From the NCBI GenBank assembly GCA_029247315.1, contig JAQWLM010000099.1:6111-70110 (forward strand): a stretch of 64,000 nucleotides of DNA, in the 5' to 3' direction. The notes under the pieces are model-generated. The model had not been told where the DNA came from. It ran no database searches and worked only from the letters and a program-made list of their open reading frames with translations. Source of the DNA: Verrucomicrobiota bacterium. GTDB taxonomy: Bacteria > Verrucomicrobiota > Verrucomicrobiia > Limisphaerales > AAA164-E04. The position numbers and the translations under genes are program-made. Numbering within the stretch: position 1 is the stretch's first letter; each line of letters starts with the position of its first letter. Below, piece by piece: positions 49,830-58,456 of this stretch.

Positions 49830-50900
49830 ATGAATTTTTTGGAAATTTACAGAAAATCCATCCAGTTGATGGAATCCGGGACACCTTTTGTCATGGCGAC
49901 ACTGGTCCGTGCGGTAGGTTCCACTCCTCAAAAAACCGGAGCGCACGCCATATTCGAGCCGAACGGAACAGTTCATGGTACCTTGGGGGGAGGATGCCTT
50001 GAGGCCGAGGCTAGACGAAGGGCCTTTTGTGCAATGGATGCGGGGAAATGCACGATTTTTCACCTGAAACTTGATGAAATAAGCGGATGGGACGATGGAT
50101 TAATCTGCGGTGGGCAGGCAACCATACTCATTCAACCCTCCGAGGCACTTTTTTTGGCACCATTCAAAGATTTGATGGAGGCCGAAAAAAGGCAAGTTGG
50201 TGGCGTCCTACTTACGCATATCTCACGTGATGAAGGCATTCTATGTCGCACCGAATGGCTGTCGGAGGACAAGTTCAAATTGTTCGAAATGACCGAAAGT
50301 ATGGACGATCTGGCTTCCCTCTTTCGTCTTGGAAAGGTCGGCCTTCTGGGGGCCCCGAATATCGCGGATGCTCCCTTGGTTTTTGTTGAACCTCGGGTTT
50401 CAGCACCTGAATTGCTTATTGCTGGGGCGGGTCACATTGGCAAGGCGGTGTCGAAATTGGCCGCATGGCTTCATTTCAGGGTGGTGGTGATCGACGATCG
50501 TCCCGGATTGGTTTCCCTGGACCTTTTACCTGGGGCTGATGAGGTTCGCTGTGACCATATTCCGAAGGTGATTTCTGAGTGGCCGATAGGGGAACAAACT
50601 TATGTGTTGATCGTCACTCGAGGACACCGACACGATGCCGAATCTTTGGCCGCTTGTGTGCAAAAACCGGCAGCCTTTATTGGGATGATCGGCAGTCGTA
50701 GAAAAAGTCTTATCATACGAAAAAACTTGTTGGAAAAAGGTTTGGCAACGGAACAGGAGCTGGAGCGTGTCGTTTGCCCTGTAGGCGTGGACGTCGGTTC
50801 TGTCAGCGTGGAGGAAATCGCACTCAGTATTGTTGCCCAGATGGTGACTCACAGACGAAAAGGTGTTTTGGACGCGCATGCCATGAACTTTTCCAAATGA
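49830..50900 (+). CDS. XdhC/CoxI-family molybdoenzyme maturation protein
   Basis: N-terminal ATLVRAVGSTPQKTGAHAIF...GTLGGGCLE and C-terminal Rossmann LLIAGAGHIGKAV. Confidence 0.8.
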   Translation: MNFLEIYRKSIQLMESGTPFVMATLVRAVGSTPQKTGAHAIFEPNGTVHGTLGGGCLEAEARRRAFCAMDAGKCTIFHLKLDEISGWDDGLICGGQATILIQPSEALFLAPFKDLMEAEKRQVGGVLLTHISRDEGILCRTEWLSEDKFKLFEMTESMDDLASLFRLGKVGLLGAPNIADAPLVFVEPRVSAPELLIAGAGHIGKAVSKLAAWLHFRVVVIDDRPGLVSLDLLPGADEVRCDHIPKVISEWPIGEQTYVLIVTRGHRHDAESLAACVQKPAAFIGMIGSRRKSLIIRKNLLEKGLATEQELERVVCPVGVDVGSVSVEEIALSIVAQMVTHRRKGVLDAHAMNFSK

Positions 50901-51547
50901 AAATCAGTGCCATTATTCTAGCAGCCGGTTCTGCGCGTCGCATGGGATGTCAGAAAATGCTCCTGCCAATGGGGGCGCTTACCCTTATAGAGCATGTTAC
51001 CAGAGAAGTTATCCTGGGCGGGGTTGATCGATGCCTGGTTGTCACCGGAAGTGATCGCGAGCGGATCGGTCCACTGGTGGAGACCGCCGGGGCAACAGAG
51101 GTTCACAACAAGCATCATCTTGATGGAGGCATGCTTTCCTCTGTGCGTTGTGGCCTTGAAAAGACCGATTCTGAGACGAATGGTTTCCTGTTTTGCCTGG
51201 GTGATCAGCCAGGGATCACCGCAGGCATGATTCATCTGATGCTGGAGAAGGTAAGGTCCATGCGGACTCGCATTCTGGTTCCTGTCTGTCAAGGCAAACG
51301 GGGACACCCTCTTTATGTTGCCGCCTCCTATAAGGTTCATATTGAGAGGAATTACGAAAATGTAGGACTCAGGGGCCTGCTAGAAGAATTCCGCAACGAT
51401 GTTTATGAATGGGAATATCCGAATGAATGCATTCTAAGCGATTTGGATACTCCCGAGGATTATGCACGCTGGATGGCTCTGCATGCGCGTGTATCAGATT
51501 CCCCTGTTAGCCCTCCACATCAGCACGCAACCGATGGATTGAAATAA
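50897..51547 (+). CDS. MobA-like NTP transferase (molybdenum cofactor cytidylyltransferase MocA-like)
   Basis: MKISAIILAAGSARRMG..QKMLLP start. Its ATG overlaps the xdhC stop (ATGA). The upstream 41 codons of track ORF 50774 lie inside xdhC and were discarded. Confidence 0.75.
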   Translation: MKISAIILAAGSARRMGCQKMLLPMGALTLIEHVTREVILGGVDRCLVVTGSDRERIGPLVETAGATEVHNKHHLDGGMLSSVRCGLEKTDSETNGFLFCLGDQPGITAGMIHLMLEKVRSMRTRILVPVCQGKRGHPLYVAASYKVHIERNYENVGLRGLLEEFRNDVYEWEYPNECILSDLDTPEDYARWMALHARVSDSPVSPPHQHATDGLK

Positions 51548-52720
51548 AAAGTTAGGTAACCACATGATGAGATGGGGGAACCATTGACTTTGGTCTTCAA
51601 GGGCATTGGCCAGCACGATGAATCCATAATACAACGCGACGAGTATGAGTGCCATTGCAATGCCAGTACTGGTCTCACGCCGATGTGCCTGAATACCCAG
51701 CGGAATGCCAACAAGCGTGAATGCAAAACAAGCATAGGAAAACGCAAATTGACGATGCATCTGAACCTTAACGGGTGTGATGGGATCAAAAGGTTTACGA
51801 ATGCTTTCCTCGAGTTCCGTTCGCATGTTTGCAATATTAAAGGAGGGAAGGGCGCGCATTTCATTTACGAGCGCCATGCGTTCCTTCATTTCTGTTTTGA
51901 GTTGGCGAAAACTCATGTGATGGAGTTTTGGCTTTCGCAAGGTTGCAGCATGACGCTCAATGGTAAAGGGCGGTGGGGCCCAATCCGGAATTTTAATCAG
52001 AGTCCAGGCGGTGCTGTCCAGTTCGTTTGAACTGGGGGTGGTGATGGGAGATGCACGGTTGTTACGATAGAAAACGGTGCAGTTTGTCATGGTCAGAAAA
52101 ATCTGATTGGCACTATCGTTGGATTCCAATGTTCCCCCCGGAGCCAGGACCTCGCGCACAGGATACTTTCCTTCGTATTGGATATAATGGATATTTTCCA
52201 GCAGGACAATGTCGCCAGCTGCCCTTCTTCCCTCGATATGAATCATCTGGCCCGGAATATCTGTCATGGGGATGCCTGGCTGAAGTAGATCGGTCAATGT
52301 TCCCACGTCAACCTGTCGAATGAGGTCCTTGTATGTAGCGCGACAATAAGGGGCGAGATCTAGGTTGATCCACGCGCATAACATGCTCATCACCATGCTT
52401 ATAATAATGATGGGTGCAGACAATGAAGCCAGACTGATACCTCCGGCGCGCATGGCAGTCAGCTCCTGATCAGCACTGAGACGTCCAAAAAGTAGTAAAC
52501 TTGCCGTTAGCATTCCCATTGGCAGGGCAAATACCATCACGAAAGGGACCAAAAGAAGAAAGGCTTTGCCAACCAAGGTAAAGGAGGCTTGTCCATTGAT
52601 CAAAAGTGCCAGGATTTCCTTCATGATGTTCCCTAGGAGCAATACGAAGGCAAATACGGCCACGCTCAAAATCGTGGTCGCGAGTATTTGCTTCGTTAGG
52701 TAAGTATAAAGTGTCCGCAT
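51494..52720 (-). CDS. LptF/LptG-family LPS export permease
   Basis: MRTLYTYLTKQIL N-terminus, 3+3 TM helices flanking a periplasmic beta-jellyroll segment. The longest ORF starts at 52804. Confidence 0.8.
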   Translation of the reverse strand: MRTLYTYLTKQILATTILSVAVFAFVLLLGNIMKEILALLINGQASFTLVGKAFLLLVPFVMVFALPMGMLTASLLLFGRLSADQELTAMRAGGISLASLSAPIIIISMVMSMLCAWINLDLAPYCRATYKDLIRQVDVGTLTDLLQPGIPMTDIPGQMIHIEGRRAAGDIVLLENIHYIQYEGKYPVREVLAPGGTLESNDSANQIFLTMTNCTVFYRNNRASPITTPSSNELDSTAWTLIKIPDWAPPPFTIERHAATLRKPKLHHMSFRQLKTEMKERMALVNEMRALPSFNIANMRTELEESIRKPFDPITPVKVQMHRQFAFSYACFAFTLVGIPLGIQAHRRETSTGIAMALILVALYYGFIVLANALEDQSQWFPHLIMWLPNFLFQSIGCVLMWRANRGI

Positions 52721-52856
52721 GGGAAATATTGGCTGCTTACAAGTCCTATCCTGTATTCCAGCCTGCGCGTTTAAGCTCAAAATATCAAATTTGAAATCTA
52801 ACAATTCCGGTTTGCCAATGCAGGGGTGCTTCCGGCATCCTGACGAAGGAACTTGA

Positions 52857-53777
52857 ATGGATGCCTTGATCGATGATTTTCTTCAGTACCTCAGGCAGGA
52901 GCGTGGCCTAGCGGTTTGCACACAGGAGACCTATGCTGGAGTGCTTCAGCGTTTCATGCGTTGGGCAACAGGGACTGCGAGTATCACCGATTGGGTTTTG
53001 GTCGATTTGAATGTCCTGACCTCGTTTTTGCATCACGAACAAAACAGGATGGTAGCAAGGCCACAAGGTAAGCACAGCCGATTGAGTATTGAGACCCTTT
53101 ACCTGGAAATTGCTGCATTAAGGGCCTTCTTCAACTTTTGTGAAAGGGAGCAATTTCTTCCTGCTAATCCCGCCGAACACCTCAGTCTGCCGCGCAGATG
53201 GAAACGTCTTCCGAAGAGCCTTGCCTTGAATGAAGTGGAGCAATTGCTGCAGGCGGAGGATCCCGAAACACCCGCTCGTATCTGCGATCAGGCCGTTTTG
53301 GAGTTGGCTTACGCCTCGGGCTTGCGTATCTCGGAATTGTGTGGCCTGCGCCTTGAACAACTCCACCTTGATGCTGGATTTTTACAGGTGATTGGAAAGG
53401 GTAATAAGGAGCGGGTTGTTCCCATAGGTCGAAAAGCAATGGAAGCGATGCGGTATTATCTTCAAGCTGCTCGACCGGCATTGGTAAATCCCAAAACCCC
53501 GGCTAATGTATTCCTTACCCGTCGTGGTATGGGGTTCGCCCGGTCAACCATGTGGTTGCGAATTCGTAACAGGGCGCGTCGTTCTGGTATCGAACGGGCA
53601 TTGACGCCGCACATGTTGCGTCATAGCTTTGCTACTCACTTGCTCGAGCATGGCGCGGACTTGCGGGTGATCCAGGAAATGCTTGGGCATGCCAGCATTG
53701 CCACGACTGAGATATACACGCACGTGGCCCGTGAGAAACTTAAAGATGTGCACCAGAAATTTCACCCAAGGGGTTGA
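52857..53777 (+). CDS. Tyrosine site-specific recombinase, XerC/XerD family
   Basis: N-terminal SAM-like domain (FLQYLRQERGLAVCTQETY) and catalytic HMLRHSFATHLL and LGHASIATTEIYTHV. Confidence 0.85.
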   Translation: MDALIDDFLQYLRQERGLAVCTQETYAGVLQRFMRWATGTASITDWVLVDLNVLTSFLHHEQNRMVARPQGKHSRLSIETLYLEIAALRAFFNFCEREQFLPANPAEHLSLPRRWKRLPKSLALNEVEQLLQAEDPETPARICDQAVLELAYASGLRISELCGLRLEQLHLDAGFLQVIGKGNKERVVPIGRKAMEAMRYYLQAARPALVNPKTPANVFLTRRGMGFARSTMWLRIRNRARRSGIERALTPHMLRHSFATHLLEHGADLRVIQEMLGHASIATTEIYTHVAREKLKDVHQKFHPRG

Positions 53778-53843
53778 AGGGATCTCAAGCGAGGTGTCTT
53801 TGATGCCTCGCATCGTTGGCCTTATTTGCGTGATCATTCGTTC

Positions 53844-55082
53844 ATGAGCGATCAGGAGGCATCAACAGGGTCGCATTCTGTTACCTTTTCCAGCGATTTG
53901 CCATGTCATCGTGTCATGGTGCTCGCCGGCGAACCCAGTGGTGATAGCATGGCAGCTGGCTTGGTGCATGCATTGAGAGCTGAGTGTCGGCATTCGAATC
54001 GATTGGAATTTTTTGGGGTAGGGGGCGTGAGGATGCGGGATGCAGGTGTTGAACTCATTGAAGACATGACCCGTCACTCTGTCTTTGGACTGGTCGAGGT
54101 CGCCCGGCATTATTTTCGTTTTAGAGCTATTTTCCGCATGCTGCTGGAGCTTGCTGGAGCGCGTCGACCCGACCTGATCATTCTGGTTGATTATGCCGGT
54201 TTCAACCTGCGGTTTGCCGAAGCTGTTCGTAAGCTTTCATCCTGCAATCAATTCAATAAGGCCTCAGCATGGAAACCCCGTATTGTGTATTACGTGTCTC
54301 CTCAAGTTTGGGCCTCTCGTGCAACGCGGGTTTTCGCCCTCTCTCGCAGCGTGGATTGCGTTCTCAGCTTGTTTCCTTTCGAGAAGCCCTGGTATGCCAT
54401 GCGTGCTCCTTTCTTGCGTGTTGAGTTTGTTGGGGACCCTATGGCAGACAAATATCGAAGTGTTTTCAGGGCGACAGAAGTTGTAACCACTAAAAGGCCG
54501 CTGGTATTGTTGCTGCCCGGTAGCCGACGGCAGGAGTTGAATCGCCATATTCCCGTGATGACCCGGACAATGGCAATGATTGAGGAGAGGCTCGACTGTC
54601 GTTTCCTTATGATTCTAGCTGATGATGAGCAAGCAAATGCGGCGCAAGGGTTGTTGCCGGAGGGACACTCAGTTCAGATTCGAACCGGTGGTTTATCCGA
54701 GGCACTTGCAGAGGCCTGTCTCACTTTGGCATGCTCCGGAACCGTTACCCGTGAGTGCGGTTATCATGGCGTCCCGACCATTGTTTTTTATCGTCTTTCA
54801 TATCTTACGTATTGCTTGGCTCGTATCTTGATTCAGGTGAAATACATTGCCATGCCAAACCTGCTTCTCAATCGCTTGGTGTATCCCGAATTGATTCAAT
54901 CCCGAGCCACACCGGAAAACATCAGTGCCTTGGCACTGGAATTCCTGACACATCCCTCATTGCGTCAGGACACTCGAAAGGCATTGGAGCAACTGATAGA
55001 GAGCATGGGAAAGCCAGGAGCCTTTGATCGTGCAGCCAGGGTGGTACGCGAATACCTTCCCAACCCGCCAGACTCTAACTAG
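53844..55082 (+). CDS. lpxB: Lipid-A-disaccharide synthase
   Basis: VMVLAGEPSGDSMAAGLV, DYAGFNLR and YYVSPQVWA motifs. TTG at 53826 is an alternative start. Confidence 0.85.
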   Translation: MSDQEASTGSHSVTFSSDLPCHRVMVLAGEPSGDSMAAGLVHALRAECRHSNRLEFFGVGGVRMRDAGVELIEDMTRHSVFGLVEVARHYFRFRAIFRMLLELAGARRPDLIILVDYAGFNLRFAEAVRKLSSCNQFNKASAWKPRIVYYVSPQVWASRATRVFALSRSVDCVLSLFPFEKPWYAMRAPFLRVEFVGDPMADKYRSVFRATEVVTTKRPLVLLLPGSRRQELNRHIPVMTRTMAMIEERLDCRFLMILADDEQANAAQGLLPEGHSVQIRTGGLSEALAEACLTLACSGTVTRECGYHGVPTIVFYRLSYLTYCLARILIQVKYIAMPNLLLNRLVYPELIQSRATPENISALALEFLTHPSLRQDTRKALEQLIESMGKPGAFDRAARVVREYLPNPPDSN

Positions 55083-55119
55083 TTTCAACATCGCATGGGC
55101 ACGTTCCCACGGATGTGAT

Positions 55120-56163
55120 TCAACGTGGATTGAAAGGAAGAGCTACGGACTGGTAAAGTTCCTGAATGGTTGCATTGCCATGTTTCTTTTCAAGTCTCCT
55201 GATGATGAAATGAGCGCGGGCAATGTTTTGAAAATGTTGAACAAAAATCAGATTGATCCCCATGCCTCCAAGAGCGCCAAGCAGGGGAATGGACTTTGCA
55301 GCAAAATGTTCTGAAACCATGACGCCGAAACGTGAGGCAATGGCACTTACCAGGCGGCTCAAGGCTGGCAACGATTGGTTGACTGTCTTCGCGGAGGCGG
55401 CATAGGCTGCCGCTTCTGATACCGCCTTAGCGAGGGCCATTCGAACTGCCCAGTAATGTTTTTCAGACCGCTCCTCAGCTTTACCACCGCCCTCATAGGC
55501 GAACACCTCAAGGCAGGCCATGCGGGTTGATGCATCTCGAAGTGAGTGTCCCTCGCTTCGAGCAATATCTGCAATGGATCTGAGCATGAGAACTGTCGAG
55601 AATGGAAGTTCCCAGGTCAGCGTTGCCAGTCCAAGCGAACCTCCTAATCCTCCTGAAAGCATCAATGCGCACTGGTGGAAACCGTTTGAGGCTGGCTTAC
55701 CTCTGTGGTTGTGCATGGTCCAGGTGGCCACGTGGGCCGCCTTTGACAGGGCCGTTCCGGCGGCGCGGTGAATCATGCCACTCAAGCCGAGAGGCATGCG
55801 ACTGAAAAGTTCATCGATGGGACCTCCAACCGCTTTGGTGAGCCGGGATGCCAAGCTGGATTGCTCGAGCATCAATCTGGCGCGGCGAAGGTCCTTGAGT
55901 TCATTTTCTGATAAGATGGCCGGTATGGATTCAAACTCGATCTGCATGCCTATGTCGAATCCTGCCATAGAATCAAGTAAGCGTAAACACACCTTTTGGT
56001 GATCATCGGGTGCATGGTCGGAATCCTGTAATTGAGAGAATTGACTTTGGGGTATCGCTGGTAAGTCTATTTCATGCTTCTCTTTGCGTTTGGAACTGGC
56101 ATGATATTCGTGTTTATTGAATGAGTTACGAATGATCGCGATGGTGGAATTGTTTTTTGGCAC
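55120..56163 (-). CDS. EcsC-family-like protein
   Basis: GGLGGSLGLATLTWELPFSTVLMLRSIADIARSEG..., YWAVRMALA, SIPLLGALGGMGINLIF..HF...A..HFIIRRLEKKHG resembles my recollection of the EcsC family. No ecsA/ecsB is nearby. Confidence 0.45.
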   Translation of the reverse strand: MPKNNSTIAIIRNSFNKHEYHASSKRKEKHEIDLPAIPQSQFSQLQDSDHAPDDHQKVCLRLLDSMAGFDIGMQIEFESIPAILSENELKDLRRARLMLEQSSLASRLTKAVGGPIDELFSRMPLGLSGMIHRAAGTALSKAAHVATWTMHNHRGKPASNGFHQCALMLSGGLGGSLGLATLTWELPFSTVLMLRSIADIARSEGHSLRDASTRMACLEVFAYEGGGKAEERSEKHYWAVRMALAKAVSEAAAYAASAKTVNQSLPALSRLVSAIASRFGVMVSEHFAAKSIPLLGALGGMGINLIFVQHFQNIARAHFIIRRLEKKHGNATIQELYQSVALPFNPR

Positions 56164-56331
56164 TTGGTGATTGCATGAATCCTCTGAGGAAAAAAAATGT
56201 CCCTTTTAAGGGAGGGGTATCGCTTAGGATATTAAATGGAGCATGGATCAACGATATTCGCCACCGAAAGGTCGAAATAAGATTTGACCCAGCATCACAT
56301 AAAACTAAAAACATAACCATTTACCTTAAAG

Positions 56332-58434
56332 ATGATCATGTTTAATTTGAATCACTCGCTTCGACTGTCGCTTTTAACCTGCCTCATCCTGATACCAAGT
56401 CTGACCGGATGCCAAAGTCGGAGTCATCCAAGTCCCAAGCACCTAAGTGGTCCAGTCGTGGTGCGAGAGGTTGTCACTACGAATAAGACTCCGGATCCGG
56501 CTTACTTACCTCCAGCCGGGGAGAAAGCCTCCCTAATCGTTCAATTGCCTGATCGCGCCAAGCTCAGTCCTGCGGCAACGGAGGTGGTCAAATTACATGA
56601 ATCCATGGTGGGGGAAGAAGTTGTCATATCCTTTGTTGAATCGACCGTCTACCCTTTCAGGTTGAGCGCCGATCAAATTGTGTATCTTCAGGATATCGGT
56701 TTGAGTGAAGACATTCTTCAAGCGATGATCAAGCGCGATACGGTCCTAGCCTCCGGATCCCATGTCGCTTCAACTGGACTTGATCTCCCAGTTGCCGCCC
56801 CTTCATCCCAGGCCGATGTCTCCGGGAATGACGTTTTATCGACACCAGCAGTGGGTGAAGCCCCAGACACCAGGATACCCGTTGCTGCAGTGACCGAACC
56901 GGTGTATGCCGGGCAGAGTTCTTCATCCTCAGTGGAACCTCCACCCATGGTGACTTCCCGGGAGACCCGTGTGATCACACGGGAATATTTTCATGAGCAG
57001 CTGGCTCCTTACGGAACATGGGTCCACCTCAGTGGCCATGGATGGTGTTGGCGCCCGACCGTTGGAGTGACTAACACACATTGGCGTCCCTACACGGACA
57101 ACGGACGCTGGGTATACAGCGATCACGGATGGTATTGGCACTCTTACTACACGTGGGGATGGGCTCCGTTTCACTATGGTCGATGGACTCGGCGTTCTGA
57201 TTACGGTTGGGTCTGGGTGCCGGATACCGTTTGGGGGCCGTCATGGGTGACCTGGCGTTACTCGGACGCCTATTGTGGCTGGGCTCCTCTGCCTCCGGCT
57301 GCCCATTACCGTACTGGCTTTGGCCTGACGTATCGCGGCTCTCGCGTGTCCGTTGGATTTGGATTTGGATTGATGCATGACCACTACGCCTTCGTGCCGC
57401 GGCACTACTTCACCCATCACCACGTGGGGCGACATAGAATGCATCGAGATAAAAAAAGGGAAGTGTACAACCAGACCACCATTATCAATAATTACAACAC
57501 TGAGAACAATCATGTCGTTATCAACAATGGGATCACCCCTAAAAGAATAGCGGCGGGCAATACGCAGGAGATTCAGCGTGTGCCCCTCAAGGAGGTGGAG
57601 GACGCTGAAAGCGTTCGATTGGTTGGCAATGGGCGTCGATCCTTGAATGTCTTACCCGTCTACCGGCCAAAATTACCCACACAATCCACAAGGGTCTCTC
57701 AAAAAATCCTGCATCAACAAAACGGACGCTCTTCGGCCCACCGACCCGGCAGATCTTCACCCGGTAATCCAACCAATGGGCAGACTTCATCGACCGGCAT
57801 GGCTTTGTCCGGGACCCATTCTCGACCACCTAATACCCTTTCACGTTCAAAGGTTGGAACACGATCCGGTGAAGCGAATCTCAGGAGATCTTCCGCGGTG
57901 CGGAAATCCAGCAACAACCGGGAGGTCGCAGGGCGGGACTCTTCCCTGACATTGCGTAGTAGCTCCGTAACCAGTCGACCTACTCCAAGAACAGGTGCCA
58001 AACTTCCATCCGGACGTCTTCGCACCTCGACGTCCCAACCACGATACGTTACCCCGTCTCGTGGAATTCGACCTTCCAGTGCAGGCACGGGTTTGCAGCG
58101 GAGTACCTCCACCAGAATTTCCAGCCGCCCACTTCTGCAGCCTCCATCGAATCCAGTCCCGAGAATGCGCGGTCAGGAACCGGTGCGAGCATTAAGACCC
58201 TCAGTGACCACACGCAGTCGCCAGGTGCCTTCACGTCAGACGAGTCGCACCTTGAATAACAGGCAGTCTTCCAGCGGGACAGTGCGCCAGCGCTCGAGTC
58301 GTCCGCCAACACGGGCCATACCTAAATTCAGATCATCGAGTCCAGCTGTATCCAGTCGTTCATCCAGTGGATATCAGGGTCCAAGCTCGTCCTCTGACTC
58401 AAGCTCAAGTCGCCCGAGTCGTCCAGGCCGTTGA
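56332..58434 (+). CDS. Lipoprotein with Trp-rich (DUF6600-like) core and long Ser/Arg/Pro-rich tail
   Basis: Lipobox LTGC (Cys27). Trp-rich core (about nt 57004-57306): YGTWVHLSGHGWCWRP...WRPYTDNGRWVYSDHGWYWHSYYTWGWAPFHYGRWTRRSDYGWVWVPDTVWGPSWVTWRY..CGWAPLPP. Low-complexity tail of about 235 aa at nt 57724-58431. Confidence 0.7.
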   Translation: MIMFNLNHSLRLSLLTCLILIPSLTGCQSRSHPSPKHLSGPVVVREVVTTNKTPDPAYLPPAGEKASLIVQLPDRAKLSPAATEVVKLHESMVGEEVVISFVESTVYPFRLSADQIVYLQDIGLSEDILQAMIKRDTVLASGSHVASTGLDLPVAAPSSQADVSGNDVLSTPAVGEAPDTRIPVAAVTEPVYAGQSSSSSVEPPPMVTSRETRVITREYFHEQLAPYGTWVHLSGHGWCWRPTVGVTNTHWRPYTDNGRWVYSDHGWYWHSYYTWGWAPFHYGRWTRRSDYGWVWVPDTVWGPSWVTWRYSDAYCGWAPLPPAAHYRTGFGLTYRGSRVSVGFGFGLMHDHYAFVPRHYFTHHHVGRHRMHRDKKREVYNQTTIINNYNTENNHVVINNGITPKRIAAGNTQEIQRVPLKEVEDAESVRLVGNGRRSLNVLPVYRPKLPTQSTRVSQKILHQQNGRSSAHRPGRSSPGNPTNGQTSSTGMALSGTHSRPPNTLSRSKVGTRSGEANLRRSSAVRKSSNNREVAGRDSSLTLRSSSVTSRPTPRTGAKLPSGRLRTSTSQPRYVTPSRGIRPSSAGTGLQRSTSTRISSRPLLQPPSNPVPRMRGQEPVRALRPSVTTRSRQVPSRQTSRTLNNRQSSSGTVRQRSSRPPTRAIPKFRSSSPAVSSRSSSGYQGPSSSSDSSSSRPSRPGR
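57724..58431 (+). repeat. Low-complexity Ser/Arg/Pro/Thr-rich coding region
   Basis: Example stretch: ...RSSAHRPGRSSPGNP...RSSSVTSRPTPRTG...SRQVPSRQTSRTLNNRQSSSGTVRQRSSRPPTR...SSSDSSSSRPSRPGR. Strongly basic with no hydrophobic segments. Confidence 0.85.
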
Positions 58435-58456
58435 ACAGTAAAGAGAGGAGAATGTC

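Noticed and set aside
50774-50896. 5' extension of the MocA-like ORF
   Set aside because: The extension lies inside the XdhC coding region in another frame. The canonical MKISAIILAAG start at 50897 forms an ATGA overlap with the xdhC stop.
56158-56175. Sigma-54-like element TGGCAC-N7-TTGCA upstream of the lipoprotein gene
   Set aside because: The spacing between the GG and GC dinucleotides is 2 nt longer than the strict -24/-12 consensus, and the element overlaps the EcsC-like start codon. It is probably a chance match.
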